Part shown: positions 16,462-26,985 of the stretch, piece by piece
Layout of the letters: each line of letters begins with the position of its first letter
How positions within the stretch are numbered: position 1 is the stretch's first letter
From: Alphaproteobacteria bacterium
Lineage (GTDB): Bacteria; Pseudomonadota; Alphaproteobacteria; CAAGCB01; CAG-977
Direction of reading: 5' to 3'
Assembly (NCBI GenBank): GCA_900768185.1
Contig: CAAGCB010000029.1
Coordinates: 74,575-138,574, forward strand
DNA: 64,000 nucleotides
Program-made: the position numbers and the translations under genes
The notes under the pieces: model-generated
The model's input: the letters and a program-made list of their open reading frames with translations, nothing else
What the model was told of the DNA's origin: nothing
Databases searched by the model: none

Positions 16462-18735
16462 TTATTTCCTTTTGCTTTTTTTATGTTTCGGCGCAAAGGG
16501 CTTTTTATTGTTTCCGCGCTTTTTTCCCCCGCGTTTCGATTTCGGCAAAGCGTTTTTTTCGGGGCGGCGGAATTTTTTTTCGCCGGAATCCAGAATGTGA
16601 AACAGCAGTCCGCCCGTGATGGGCGACGCTTCCGCCAGCGTCATGAAAACATGTTCGCCCAGTTCATAGGAAATACCTGTCGACGATCCGAACAGACGAT
16701 GGCGTTCTTCGTCGTGGACGTAATAATCGTGGGGCAGAGTCGATATGGGAATCAAACCGTCCGCGCCGATGTCGTCCACGGTGACGAACAGTCCGAAACG
16801 GCTGACACCGTTGACGACGCCCCCGAATCGTTCGCCGATTCTGTCTTTCAGATAAGCGGACAGATAGCGTTCTTCGGCATCGCGTTCGGCGGCGGCGGCG
16901 CGGCGTTCCGTCGCGGAAATGTGTTCGCCCAGATCTTCCATGTCGCAGGAGATGTCGCCGTTTTCGTCCAAAAGACCGTCGTTCCCCAGCCTTAGAGCGG
17001 AAATCAATCCGCGGTGAACCAGTAAATCGGCATAGCGGCGGATCGGGGACGTGAAATGCGCGTATTTTTCCAAAGCCAGCCCGAAATGCCCCAGATTTTC
17101 GGGGCTGTAGCGCGCTTGGCTTTGCGTCCGCAAAATCAGTTCGTTGACCATGCCCGCGCGCGGGGAACCGCGCACCTTGTCCAAAACGGCGTTGATGTCG
17201 TCATTACGCAGTTTGCCGATTTTGCCCGCTTTAATCCCCAACGTTCCCAAGAACGTCTGCAAAGCGGCGGCTTTTTCGGCGCTTGGCGGTTCGTGGACGC
17301 GGTACATCGCGGGGACGCCCTTTTCCTCCAGCGTTTCGGCGGCGGCGACATTCGCCAGAATCATAAATTCTTCAACCGTTTTGTGGCTGTCCAGCCGTTC
17401 GCGCGGGGTAATCGAAGCCACTTGTCCGTTTTCGTCCAGCTTGATTTCGCGTTCGACAACGTCCAAATCCAGTGCGCCGCGTTTTTCCCGCGCGGCATTC
17501 AAAACCAGAAAAGCCCCGCGCAAATCCGTGATGTGACGGCGCAGGTCTTCGTTCATTTCGGGCAGTTCGCCGTCGTAGACCCGCTGAACTTCGTGATAAT
17601 TCAGACGGGCGGCGGAACGCATCATCGCGCGGACGAATTTTTTGGATACCAACCGCCCTTTCTTGTCGATACGCATGTCGGCGGCAATACACGGGCGATC
17701 TTCGGCAGGGCGCAGGGAACACAAATCCGCCGACAGTTTTTCGGGCAGCATCGGCACGCACCGATCGGGGAAATAGACGGAGTTGCCGCGTTCGCGCGCG
17801 CTGTCGTCCAGAGGCGTTCCGGGACGCACGAAATACGCCACGTCGGCGATGGCGACAATGATATGCCAGCCGTTCGGATTGTCTTTGTTTTCGTCGGGTT
17901 CGGCAAACACGGCGTCGTCGAAATCGCGCGCGTCTTCGCCGTCGATGGTGACAAGGGGAACGGCGCGCAAATCGGTGCGGCGTTTCATGTCGGGCAGTTT
18001 CGATTTTTCCGCCTGCTTTAACGCTTCGGGTGAAAATTCGGTCGGTATGGCATGCAAATGCAACGCAATCAGGCTGGCGGCGCGCGGATCGTCCGCTTTG
18101 CCGACGATTTGCACGACGCGCGCGCGTCTGACCGGAGCGTTGAACGCCGATCCGAAAATTTCAGCGATGACGACATCGCCGTTTTTGGCTTTGCCCGCGT
18201 GATCCGAATCGACGATATAGTTTTGATGCAGACGGCGGTCGACGGAAACGATGCGTCCGCCTTTGCCCGATGTCGTGTCAAACACGCCGACGACGCGTTC
18301 GGGTTTGGCGGACAAGCGGCGAATCACCGCGCCGTGAAAGAACTTTTTGCCCTTTGGCGTCAGTTTCAACAAAACCAGATCCCCTTCGGCGGGGGGAGGG
18401 CGCAAACGTCCCAAATCGGTGATCAGAATTTGCGGTTTCGGCGTCGGTTTGTCCCAAATCAAAGGGCGCGCGACCAATTCGCCGTCCGAATCCGATCCCG
18501 TGATTTCGCATTGACAATATTCGGGCAGACCATCGACCGGAATCGTTTTTTTACCCGTCGAAAAGTCGATTTTCCCCGATGTTTTCAGTTCTTTGAGCAT
18601 GTCCTTCAGCTTTGCCCTGTCGTCGCCTTTGATGTGAAAGGCGCGGGCGATTTCGCGTTTGCCGACGCCGGCGTTTTCATTTAAAAACGCGACCAAATCG
18701 TCCATTCCGGGCAGGGGGGCTTTGGTTTTGCTCAT
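16462..18735 (-). CDS. rnr: Ribonuclease R with Lys-rich C-terminal tail
   Basis: RNB catalytic region (DFDDAVF...DRCVPMLPE) and S1 domain. C-terminus KRGGKKRGNNKKPFAPKHKKSKRK. Confidence 0.85.
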   Translation of the reverse strand: MSKTKAPLPGMDDLVAFLNENAGVGKREIARAFHIKGDDRAKLKDMLKELKTSGKIDFSTGKKTIPVDGLPEYCQCEITGSDSDGELVARPLIWDKPTPKPQILITDLGRLRPPPAEGDLVLLKLTPKGKKFFHGAVIRRLSAKPERVVGVFDTTSGKGGRIVSVDRRLHQNYIVDSDHAGKAKNGDVVIAEIFGSAFNAPVRRARVVQIVGKADDPRAASLIALHLHAIPTEFSPEALKQAEKSKLPDMKRRTDLRAVPLVTIDGEDARDFDDAVFAEPDENKDNPNGWHIIVAIADVAYFVRPGTPLDDSARERGNSVYFPDRCVPMLPEKLSADLCSLRPAEDRPCIAADMRIDKKGRLVSKKFVRAMMRSAARLNYHEVQRVYDGELPEMNEDLRRHITDLRGAFLVLNAAREKRGALDLDVVEREIKLDENGQVASITPRERLDSHKTVEEFMILANVAAAETLEEKGVPAMYRVHEPPSAEKAAALQTFLGTLGIKAGKIGKLRNDDINAVLDKVRGSPRAGMVNELILRTQSQARYSPENLGHFGLALEKYAHFTSPIRRYADLLVHRGLISALRLGNDGLLDENGDISCDMEDLGEHISATERRAAAAERDAEERYLSAYLKDRIGERFGGVVNGVSRFGLFVTVDDIGADGLIPISTLPHDYYVHDEERHRLFGSSTGISYELGEHVFMTLAEASPITGGLLFHILDSGEKKFRRPEKNALPKSKRGGKKRGNNKKPFAPKHKKSKRK

Positions 18736-21353
18736 TCCTTTTTCGCCTTGGCTGTTTTTCCTGTTGTTTTCTTAGTCGTCTTTTTCTTTGCCGCTGCGGT
18801 TGTCTTTTTTGTCGTCGCCGTTTTCTTGGCGGCGGCTTTGGGCTGTTTTTCGGCTTTTGCCGCCAGCAGGGCGACGGCTTCGTCCATGGTCGGCAGACGG
18901 TTTTCGTCGCGAAGGGCTTTCGGAATCGACGCGATGACGGAACCGTGTTTGATGTAGGGACCGAAACGACCCGATCCGACGGTGACGGGCTTGCCGTCCG
19001 CGGGGTGCGCGCCGATTTCCTGCGGCGGCGTCTTTTCTTTGACGTTTGCCAGCAATTCCAGCGCGCGGGGCAGGTTGATCGTCAGAACGTTGTCAGCCGC
19101 CGTCAGGGATTTGAACGTCGAACCGATTTTCAAATAGGGACCGAAACGCCCGATGCCCGCTTGGATCTCCTGCCCGTTGTCGGGGTTGACCCCCAGCGTC
19201 CGCGGCAGGGCGAGCAAGGCGACCGCCTGTTCCAGCGTCACGTCGGCGGGGGGCATGTTGCGGGGCAGCGAAGTGCGTTTCACCGTAGATTTTTCTTTCT
19301 TTTCGCCTTTCGCGGCTTTGGGGGTGTCTTTGCCCTGCTGGACGTACCAGCCGTAGGGTCCCTTGCGCAAAACGACGTTTTCGCCGTCATGCGTTCCCAA
19401 TTCGCGCAGATCCGGTTCGTCCGCCGATTTTTCTTCGGTCGTCTGTCCGCCGAACGGGCGCGTGTAGCGGCATTCGGGATAGTTGGAACACCCGATGAAC
19501 GCGCCGAATTTCCCGATTTTCAAGCTCAGTCTGCCGCCTTTGGTCGCGCCGCATTCGGGGCAGACGCGGTCGGCGGGGTTCGGGAACAGATGTTCGGACA
19601 GGCTTTCTTCCAGCCGATTCAAAACGTCCGTAATCGTCAGCGGTTCGACGTTTTTGACCGTCGCGTCGAACTGCGCCCAAAATTCGCGCAACAAAGCTTT
19701 CCAGTCCATTTTGTCGGCGGATACGTCGTCCAGCGCGTTTTCCAGATCCGCCGTAAAGTCGTACTGGACGTATTTGTTGAAGAAGTTTTCCATGAACGCC
19801 GTCACGATGCGTCCGCGGTCTTCGGGAATAAAGCGGCGTTTTTCCAAACGGACATAGTTCCGTTCCTGCAAAACGGACAGGATCGACGCGTAGGTGGAAG
19901 GACGCCCGATTCCCAGTTCTTCCAGTTTTTTGACCAGACTGGCTTCGGAATAGCGGGGCGGCGGCTGGGTGAAGTGCTGTTCGGGGCGGACGGATTTCAG
20001 ATCCAGCGATTCGCCCGTCGTCATTTTGGGCAAAATGGCGCCGTTTTCTTCGTCGCCGTCGTCTGGATCCTCGTGATAGACGCGCAGGAAACCGTCAAAG
20101 GAAACGGCTTGTCCCGTGGCGCGCAAAACGATTTTCCCGTCGCGGGACGGGCAGTCGACCGCCATCTTGTCGATTTCCGCGCTTTGCATCTGCGACGCCA
20201 GAGCGCGTTTGTAAATCAGTTCGTACAGGGCTTTCATGTCCTTGTTCAGATACCGCGCCATCTGTTCGGGGCGGCGGTGCAGGGACGTGGGACGGATCGC
20301 CTCGTGCGCTTCCTGCGCGTTTTTGACATTGTTTTTATAATAGCGGGGCTTTTCGGGCAGATATTTGTCCCCGAAATCGTCGGCGATGACCGACCGCGAT
20401 TCGGCGATTGCTTCTTGCGCCATCTGAATGCCGTCGGTACGCATATAGGTGATCAAGCCGACCGTATCGCCGCCGATATCGATCCCTTCGTACAGCTGTT
20501 GCGCCAGCTGCATCGTCTTTTTCGCGGAAAAGAACAGTTTGCGCGCCGCTTCCTGCTGCAAAGTGGAAGTCGTGAACGGGGGGGCGGGGGAACGCTTGAC
20601 CGTTTTGCGCTCAATTTCGCCGACGTCGAAGTTCGCGGATTCGATTTTCTTTTGCGCCGCCTTGGCGTCGGTTTCGTTCGTCAAGGTGAACTTGGCGACT
20701 TTTTTGCCGTCCAAAACGGACAGATGCGCGGTGAACATGTCCGCGCGCGGCGTCAAAAAATCGGAATCGATCGTCCAGTATTCCTGCGCTTTGAACGATT
20801 CGATTTCGTTTTCGCGGTCGCAGACCAGACGCAGGGCGACGGACTGCACGCGTCCCGCGGAACGGCTGCCCGGCAGTTTGCGCCACAAAACGGGCGAAAT
20901 CGTAAAGCCGACCAGATAGTCCAAAGCACGGCGCGCCAAATACGCGTCCACCAAAGGCATGTCGACTTCGCGCGGATTTTTCATGGCGTTGGTGACGGCG
21001 GCTTTGGTGATTTCGTTGAACACGACGCGTTTTAAAATTTTGCCTTTCAGCTTGCCGCGCTTGGTCAGTTCCTGCGCGACGTGCCACGCGATGGCTTCCC
21101 CCTCTCTGTCGGGGTCGGTGGCGAGATAGACGGTGTCGGCTTTGGCGACGGCGGAGGCGATGGCTTTGATGTGTTTTTCGTCCTTCGGCTCGATCGCCCA
21201 GTCCATGGCGAAATCCTCGTCCGGTCGCACCGATCCGTTTTTGGCGGGCAAGTCGCGGATATGCCCGAAACTGGCGATCACCTCGTAGTTGTTGCCCAGA
21301 TATTTGTTGATGGTTTTCGCTTTCGCGGGGGATTCGACGATCACAACGTCCAT
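18732..21353 (-). CDS. topA: DNA topoisomerase I with Lys-rich C-terminal tail
   Basis: TOPRIM start MDVVIVESPAKAKTINKYLG, Zn-ribbon CPECG region, and a C-terminal KKTATTKKTTAAAKKKTTKK tail. Confidence 0.9.
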   Translation of the reverse strand: MDVVIVESPAKAKTINKYLGNNYEVIASFGHIRDLPAKNGSVRPDEDFAMDWAIEPKDEKHIKAIASAVAKADTVYLATDPDREGEAIAWHVAQELTKRGKLKGKILKRVVFNEITKAAVTNAMKNPREVDMPLVDAYLARRALDYLVGFTISPVLWRKLPGSRSAGRVQSVALRLVCDRENEIESFKAQEYWTIDSDFLTPRADMFTAHLSVLDGKKVAKFTLTNETDAKAAQKKIESANFDVGEIERKTVKRSPAPPFTTSTLQQEAARKLFFSAKKTMQLAQQLYEGIDIGGDTVGLITYMRTDGIQMAQEAIAESRSVIADDFGDKYLPEKPRYYKNNVKNAQEAHEAIRPTSLHRRPEQMARYLNKDMKALYELIYKRALASQMQSAEIDKMAVDCPSRDGKIVLRATGQAVSFDGFLRVYHEDPDDGDEENGAILPKMTTGESLDLKSVRPEQHFTQPPPRYSEASLVKKLEELGIGRPSTYASILSVLQERNYVRLEKRRFIPEDRGRIVTAFMENFFNKYVQYDFTADLENALDDVSADKMDWKALLREFWAQFDATVKNVEPLTITDVLNRLEESLSEHLFPNPADRVCPECGATKGGRLSLKIGKFGAFIGCSNYPECRYTRPFGGQTTEEKSADEPDLRELGTHDGENVVLRKGPYGWYVQQGKDTPKAAKGEKKEKSTVKRTSLPRNMPPADVTLEQAVALLALPRTLGVNPDNGQEIQAGIGRFGPYLKIGSTFKSLTAADNVLTINLPRALELLANVKEKTPPQEIGAHPADGKPVTVGSGRFGPYIKHGSVIASIPKALRDENRLPTMDEAVALLAAKAEKQPKAAAKKTATTKKTTAAAKKKTTKKTTGKTAKAKKE

Positions 21354-21365
21354 AACCGTAAGCCT

Positions 21366-22490
21366 TTACAAAGAAATAACACGCAAAACCCTGTTGCCGG
21401 GCAGGCGTTCGATCTGCCCCGCCAGTTCCAATTCCACTAATAAAACCGAAATCGCGTCCGCTGGCAAGCCCGTTTCGCGAATCAAAAGGTCGATTTCAAC
21501 GGGCGCGCCGTCCAGCAACGATAAAACCCTGTTCCTGTCCGTGTCGTCGGGTTCGGACGGCAAAGCGGGCGGGATTGGCGGATCGGATCGGATAAAAGCC
21601 TTTTCCGACAGGGAAAACAACGGCGCCGATTGCAGATGTTCGATGATATCCGAAGCGTTTTCGACCAACGGCGCGCCGTTTTTAATCAAATGGTTGACGC
21701 CTTTGGCGCGGTCGTCCGTCGGCGTCGCGGGGACGGCGAACACGTCCTTGCCCTGTTCCAGCGCTTTGTTCGCCGTAATCAGCGAACCTGAACGCAGAGC
21801 GGCCTCGATGACGACCAAGCCGATCGACAGTCCGGAAATGATGCGGTTTCTTTGCGGAAAATTCGACGGTTGCGGTTTGGCGTGCAACGGATATTCGGAT
21901 ACCAATGCCCCCTTTTCGCGGATTTCATCGTAAAGTTTGCGATTCTGTTCCGGATAGGGAATGTCAATACCCGTTCCCAGAACGGCTGTGGTTGACGCGC
22001 GGGGGGTGTTCGCCTGCAACGCGCCGAAATGCGCCGCCCCGTCAATGCCCGAAGCCATGCCCGACACGGTGCCGTAGCCCGCCAAAGCCAGCTCGCGCGC
22101 CATGTTGCGGGCGATTTCGCGTCCGTTCAGCGACGCGTTACGCGTGCCGACGATCGCGATTTGCGGCGATTTCAACAGGCTTTTATCCCCCAAAACCGTC
22201 AAAACGGGAGGGGCGTCCGGCAAAACGGAAAGTCGGTCGGGGTAATCGTTTTCCCCCAGAAAAATCATTTCCGCGCCGAATTTTTCAACCGCCGCGTATT
22301 CGCGTTCGGCATCGTCCGCGGAACAAATCCGCAACGGTTTTTTCATGCCGCCGCGGCGCGCTTTTTCGGGCAGGGCGTCCAGAGCTTCCGCCGCGGTTTT
22401 AAAGTGTTTCGTCAAAACGCGGAACGTGACCGCCCCGACATTTTCGGAACGGAACAAACGCAGACGGTCGATTTTTTCCGCGTAATTCAA
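21366..22490 (-). CDS. dprA: DNA processing protein DprA
   Basis: Rossmann core GMASGIDGAAHFGAL. The track start is TTG, so the true start is uncertain. Confidence 0.8.
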   Translation of the reverse strand: MNYAEKIDRLRLFRSENVGAVTFRVLTKHFKTAAEALDALPEKARRGGMKKPLRICSADDAEREYAAVEKFGAEMIFLGENDYPDRLSVLPDAPPVLTVLGDKSLLKSPQIAIVGTRNASLNGREIARNMARELALAGYGTVSGMASGIDGAAHFGALQANTPRASTTAVLGTGIDIPYPEQNRKLYDEIREKGALVSEYPLHAKPQPSNFPQRNRIISGLSIGLVVIEAALRSGSLITANKALEQGKDVFAVPATPTDDRAKGVNHLIKNGAPLVENASDIIEHLQSAPLFSLSEKAFIRSDPPIPPALPSEPDDTDRNRVLSLLDGAPVEIDLLIRETGLPADAISVLLVELELAGQIERLPGNRVLRVISL

Positions 22491-22494
22491 AACG

Positions 22495-23115
22495 TCATTC
22501 CGCCTTTTTCTTCAATTTGATTTTGCTTTCCTCGCCATGAATCAGACGGGCGATGTTCGACCGGTGGCGAATGACGGAAAGCACCGCCAGAAAGCCGTAA
22601 AACCACACAAATTCCGGCGTGGCGAAGAAATGCGCGTACACGGGCGCCAAAATCAGCGCGGTCAGCGCGGACAGCGACGAATAACGGAAAACCAGCGCCA
22701 TGACCAGCCATGTCGCGCACGCCAGCAATCCCGCCTGCCAGCATGTCGCCAGCAACATGCCCAGCGTCGCGGCGACGCCTTTGCCGCCCTTGAATTTCAG
22801 CCAGACGGGAAAGTTGTGTCCCAACACGCCCGCCGTGCCCGCGATCAGCGCCGCGGTGTCGCTGACGCCGTCTTCGGGAACGCAGTAATAAGCGATGCCC
22901 GCCGCCAAAGCGGCTTTCCCCGAATCGAACAGCAGTGTCAGCAAAGCCAGATCCTTGCGTCCCGTGCGCAAAACGTTCGTCGCGCCGATGTTGCCCGATC
23001 CGATCTTGCGGATATCGCCCAATCCCGCCAAACGCGTAAAGACGATGCCGAACGGGATCGAACCCAACAGGTAGCCCAGAACACCCGATAAAACAAGAAG
23101 AGTCGTGTCGCTCAT
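22495..23115 (-). CDS. plsY: Glycerol-3-phosphate acyltransferase PlsY
   Basis: GSGNIGATNVLRTG motif; multi-pass membrane protein. Confidence 0.85.
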   Translation of the reverse strand: MSDTTLLVLSGVLGYLLGSIPFGIVFTRLAGLGDIRKIGSGNIGATNVLRTGRKDLALLTLLFDSGKAALAAGIAYYCVPEDGVSDTAALIAGTAGVLGHNFPVWLKFKGGKGVAATLGMLLATCWQAGLLACATWLVMALVFRYSSLSALTALILAPVYAHFFATPEFVWFYGFLAVLSVIRHRSNIARLIHGEESKIKLKKKAE

Positions 23116-24128
23116 AGCGTATTCTCCGGTAAATGGTTTTGGACAGAGGATATAACCTTATTGACCGCTTCTGCAACTGTTTTGAATGAAACGTCCGGCA
23201 AAAGCGCGGTTTCCGTCAACGTTCTTCGCCACGCCGCCGCGCCCGCGCACCCTTTGAACAAATTCAGCCAGTGACGCGTGACGGCATGGGGACGGACGCC
23301 CGCCTCCATTTGTTTTTGCAGATAGGGCAACATCGCGCGAACGGCGTCCGTCCTTGACACGACGGGGGTCGGTTCGCCGAAAATTTCCCGATCGGCGTCC
23401 GCCAGCATGTACGGATCGCCGTATGCCGCCCGCCCGATCATCACGCCGTCAACGCGATTTAAATGCGTCTTTGCCGCGTCAAGGGAAGCGATGTCGCCGT
23501 TGATTGAAACCGTCAATTCGGGAAAAGCCTCTTTGAACCGGTAGACCAGATCGTAATTCAGCCGCAGTCGTTCCCTGTTTTGTTTCGGGGTAAATCCTTT
23601 TAATCTGGCTTTGCGCGCGTGGACGATGATTTCGCGGCACCCCGCGTTTTCCGCCAGTTCCGCGCATCGGCATAAATCGTCGAATCCGTCGGAATCGGGC
23701 GTCGTTTCTTCCAGGGCGATGCGGGTTTTCAAAGAAACGGGAACGTCCGAATTTTCAATCATCGCCCGCAGGCAGTCGGCGATCCGTTCGGGATCGCGGC
23801 GCAAAGCCGCCCCGAAACAGCCGGCAGAAACGCGTTCGGACGGACAGCCCGCGTTTAAATTCACGCCGTCGCAGTGAAAGGCTTTGGCGATTTGGCAGGC
23901 TTTGCCCAGCAGGTCGGGATCCGATCCGCCCAGTTGCAAAATCAGCGGGTGTTCCGCATCGTCGTGGGACAACAGTTTTTCCGCGTCGCCGAAGACGATC
24001 GCTTGCGCCGTGACCATTTCGCTGTACAACAAAACGCGCCGCGTCAGCCGGCGGACGAAATAGCGGAAATGTCTGTCCGTCCAATCCATCATCGGGGCGA
24101 CGGACAGACGCGAAGCGGGGAAAGTCAT
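23112..24128 (-). CDS. dusA: tRNA-dihydrouridine synthase A
   Basis: TIM-barrel Dus family (APMMDWTDRHFRYFVR, NLNAGCP). Overlaps plsY by 4 nt. Confidence 0.8.
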   Translation of the reverse strand: MTFPASRLSVAPMMDWTDRHFRYFVRRLTRRVLLYSEMVTAQAIVFGDAEKLLSHDDAEHPLILQLGGSDPDLLGKACQIAKAFHCDGVNLNAGCPSERVSAGCFGAALRRDPERIADCLRAMIENSDVPVSLKTRIALEETTPDSDGFDDLCRCAELAENAGCREIIVHARKARLKGFTPKQNRERLRLNYDLVYRFKEAFPELTVSINGDIASLDAAKTHLNRVDGVMIGRAAYGDPYMLADADREIFGEPTPVVSRTDAVRAMLPYLQKQMEAGVRPHAVTRHWLNLFKGCAGAAAWRRTLTETALLPDVSFKTVAEAVNKVISSVQNHLPENTL

Positions 24129-25096
24129 GGCAAATTCGCCAGATATTTCAGCAGCATTTCCTTGAACGGTTCCCTGTCGACCTTGTGCGTCACCAGACAG
24201 TTGCGTTTGGATCCCTCGTCAAAGGTCGTCATTCCGAATTTTTCGTCGCCGGAATCCGTATTGACGTGAACCGTGCCGTATCTGCCCGAAAACAGGGCGG
24301 GACGGATCAGACAGCCGACCGCGCACGGATCGTACAGTGAAGTTCCCGTTTCCGGAGCGACGCCGTCCTTGCGCGTTTGCGCCTGATGCGCGGAAAGGAC
24401 TTTGGCTGTTTTTTCCAACAGATCCGCGCTCATCGCCGCGCAGCGCGTGTTCAAATCGCGCATTTTTTCGATAAAGACTTTGTCCGCGGTCGCCTGCATG
24501 CCGACTTCCATCGGAATGACGGTCACGCGTTCCGCCGTGTCGAAAACGATTTGCGCCGCGTGCGGGTCGGCAAGCATGTTAAATTCGGCGTACGGCGTCG
24601 AATTTCCGCGCGGTCCGTCTTCGCAGAACGCGCCGCCCATGATGATCAGTTCGCGGATTCTGGAAACGGTCTTCGGTTCTTTTAAAAAGACCGTGGCGAT
24701 GTTCGTCAAAGGACCGATCGCTATGATCGACACTTCGCGTTCGGGGGATTTCATCAGCGTGTCGATAATAAAGTCGACGGCGTTTTCGTTTTCGCTTTCG
24801 GCGCTCGGCGCACCGAAATCCAATCCCGCCAATCCGTCCGTGCCGTGCACCCATTCGGCGTTGAGCGTCGGACGTTTCAGAGGGCGGTCGCACCCTTTGT
24901 ACACGGGAATGTCGGTGTGCCACGCGAAACCGCATACGCGCCGCGCGTTCAATTCGGCTTTGTCGACCGTGACGTTGCCGTTGACGGCGGTGATGCCGAC
25001 GATGTCCAAATCGGGATCCGCCATCGCCATGAACAAAGCGATCGCGTCGTCAATGCCCGGATCGGTGTCGATGATGATTTTTGTTTTCGCGCTCAT
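24125..25096 (-). CDS. Ribonucleoside hydrolase (IunH/RihA family)
   Basis: N-terminal Ca-binding signature IIIDTDPGIDDAIALFMA. Confidence 0.8.
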   Translation of the reverse strand: MSAKTKIIIDTDPGIDDAIALFMAMADPDLDIVGITAVNGNVTVDKAELNARRVCGFAWHTDIPVYKGCDRPLKRPTLNAEWVHGTDGLAGLDFGAPSAESENENAVDFIIDTLMKSPEREVSIIAIGPLTNIATVFLKEPKTVSRIRELIIMGGAFCEDGPRGNSTPYAEFNMLADPHAAQIVFDTAERVTVIPMEVGMQATADKVFIEKMRDLNTRCAAMSADLLEKTAKVLSAHQAQTRKDGVAPETGTSLYDPCAVGCLIRPALFSGRYGTVHVNTDSGDEKFGMTTFDEGSKRNCLVTHKVDREPFKEMLLKYLANLP

Positions 25097-25254
25097 GTCA
25101 AATTCCCCGCGTTTTTATAAAAAGCGTTTTGAAAATATAGGGCGTCGGCAAAGAAATCAATTCTTTTATTATCCGGCTGACGACCGGATCGCATGGGGAA
25201 AAAGCCGCTGTTTTTCGTTCCGTCGACCGGCGGTCGCAAACCTTTTTTCGATGC

Positions 25255-25608
25255 TTATTTTGGCTTACCGTTCTTTTTCAGCGGCGCGGCGCCCGAACGG
25301 ACGACGGTTTCGACCTGTCGGCGCGCGGGGTTGAACACGATGACGCGATCGCCGTCAAAAGCCGATTCGATATGCAGGCACAGCCTTTCGCCGCATGGCA
25401 GGACGGCTTTGATTTTTTCCTTGTCAGCCGTCAGATTCAGATAAACGGTCGGCACGCCGTCGACGGCAACGACGGATTTGTTCTTTCCCGTAATCAGTTT
25501 CGGGGTTGATTTATAGTTCAGCAGACCGTACACGATGCCGCTCATCGTCAAAAAAATCAAAAACGTGATGATGCCGATCAGCAGTTTCAAATAAGCGACT
25601 TTGTTCAT
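25255..25608 (-). CDS. Small membrane-anchored hypothetical protein (117 aa)
   Basis: Trimmed to MNKVAYLKLLIGIITFLIFLTMSGIVYGLL (ATG 25608..25606). Single N-terminal TM helix. Divergent from rluD. Confidence 0.4.
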   Translation of the reverse strand: MNKVAYLKLLIGIITFLIFLTMSGIVYGLLNYKSTPKLITGKNKSVVAVDGVPTVYLNLTADKEKIKAVLPCGERLCLHIESAFDGDRVIVFNPARRQVETVVRSGAAPLKKNGKPK

Positions 25609-25714
25609 GGCGCGGTCTCCCTGTTGCGTTTCCTTTTTATAACCGAAAAGAAAAAAAACGGAAAGCGCAAAAAAATCAGGCGAATATTTTGTCGGCGTGT
25701 GGTACAGTCGGCGC

Positions 25715-26680
25715 ATGACCGAAAACGCCGTTATCATCCCCCCCGCCGTTACCCCCGCCGAAGCCGGAACGCGGCTGGACAAATGGCTGGCTTTACGCAC
25801 CGAACTGTCGCGCAGCAGGGTTTCCGCCCTGATTGAACGGGGTGCGGTGTCGTCGAACGACGCCGTCGTTTCGAATCAAGATCGCAAAACCGTCGCGGGC
25901 GAAGTCTATCGCATTGAAATTCCAAAGCCTGCCGCCGCCGCGCCCGAAGCGCAGGAAATCCCGCTTGACATCGTGTATGAAGACGCCGATCTGCTGGTTT
26001 TGAACAAACCCGCGGGTATGGTCGTCCACCCCGCGGCGGGTAATCGCGACGGAACTTTGGTGAACGCGCTTTTAGCGTACTGCAAGGATTCGCTGTCGGG
26101 AATCGGCGGCGTCGCGCGCCCCGGAATCGTGCATCGGCTGGACAAGGACACCAGCGGACTGATGGTCGTCGCCAAAAACGACGCGGCGCATAACGGATTG
26201 TCTGCGCAGTTCGCGGTACACAGTCTGGAACGGCGCTATCTGGCGTTGGTGTGGGGGCGTATCAATCCCGTTCAAGGCGTGATTGAAACGCAAATCGGGC
26301 GAAGTCCCCTGAACAGGCAGAAAATGGCTGTTTTGAAAACGGGGGGCAAACGCGCCGAAACGCATTACCGCACGCTGGCGACCTTTGAGGGGGGGGCGGT
26401 CAGTCTGGTGGAATGTTCGCTGAAAACGGGACGCACGCATCAGGTGCGCGTTCACATGACGGCGCTGGGACACCCGCTTTTGGGGGACGGGGTGTACGGT
26501 AAAACGCCCAAAGCCGCCAAAACGGAATCGTTGAAAACGGCGGCGGCGTTTCCGCGTCAGGCGCTTCATTCCTATAAAATATGTTTTGAACACCCGTCGA
26601 CAGGCGAAACGATGCGATTCGAACTGCCTTTGCCGTCCGACATGCAATCAATCGTTGATTCTTTGTCTAAAGACGGCTGA
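25715..26680 (+). CDS. rluD: 23S rRNA pseudouridine synthase, RluA/RluD family
   Basis: S4 domain followed by catalytic HRLDKDTSGLMVVAKN. The ATG at 25715 is preferred over the track's GTG at 25697. Confidence 0.8.
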   Translation: MTENAVIIPPAVTPAEAGTRLDKWLALRTELSRSRVSALIERGAVSSNDAVVSNQDRKTVAGEVYRIEIPKPAAAAPEAQEIPLDIVYEDADLLVLNKPAGMVVHPAAGNRDGTLVNALLAYCKDSLSGIGGVARPGIVHRLDKDTSGLMVVAKNDAAHNGLSAQFAVHSLERRYLALVWGRINPVQGVIETQIGRSPLNRQKMAVLKTGGKRAETHYRTLATFEGGAVSLVECSLKTGRTHQVRVHMTALGHPLLGDGVYGKTPKAAKTESLKTAAAFPRQALHSYKICFEHPSTGETMRFELPLPSDMQSIVDSLSKDG

Positions 26681-26740
26681 AAACCGTTTCGTCGCCGGAC
26701 AAAGCGCGTGTTTTTTTTCGTTTTTTTTGGAAAACACGAA

Positions 26741-26770
26741 AAGCCCGCAAAAATGCAGGCTTTTTCTTTG
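26741..26770. terminator. Putative bidirectional terminator between rluD and rpmJ
   Basis: AAAAGCCCGCA-aaaa-TGCAGGCTTTTT, with one mismatch in the stem. Confidence 0.4.
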
Positions 26771-26789
26771 TTTGGAAAATCCGTTCTGA

Positions 26790-26915
26790 TTAGCCCTGAC
26801 GAGCCTTCATGCGCGGATTTTTCTTGTTAATGATGTACACGCGCCCTTTTCTGCGGACGATTTTGCAATCTTTGTCGCGCAATTTGGCGGATTTCAGGGA
26901 ATTACGAACTTTCAT
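26790..26915 (-). CDS. rpmJ: 50S ribosomal protein L36 (C- form)
   Basis: [41 protein letters not shown] is the last 41 aa of track ORF 26790..27128. The upstream part is a spurious extension. Confidence 0.8.
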   Translation of the reverse strand: MKVRNSLKSAKLRDKDCKIVRRKGRVYIINKKNPRMKARQG

Positions 26916-26955
26916 AACACAATCCTCAAACTTAACTGTCTTCAAAAGAAGATAG

Positions 26956-26985
26956 GTGACAATACAAAGAATGTCGGGTATTGTC
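26956..26985. promoter_or_regulatory. Inverted repeat TGACAATAC-N12-GTATTGTCA in the rpmJ / lipoprotein divergent promoter region
   Basis: Perfect 9-bp arms read from the sequence, 41-70 nt upstream of both divergent starts. Confidence 0.25.

Noticed and set aside
18945-21035. 696-aa plus-strand ORF inside topA, and similar long antisense ORFs (3263..4021, 48001..49722, 15056..15421 and others)
   Set aside because: These are shadow ORFs on the strand opposite well-supported genes in GC-rich DNA, with R/G/F-rich junk composition.
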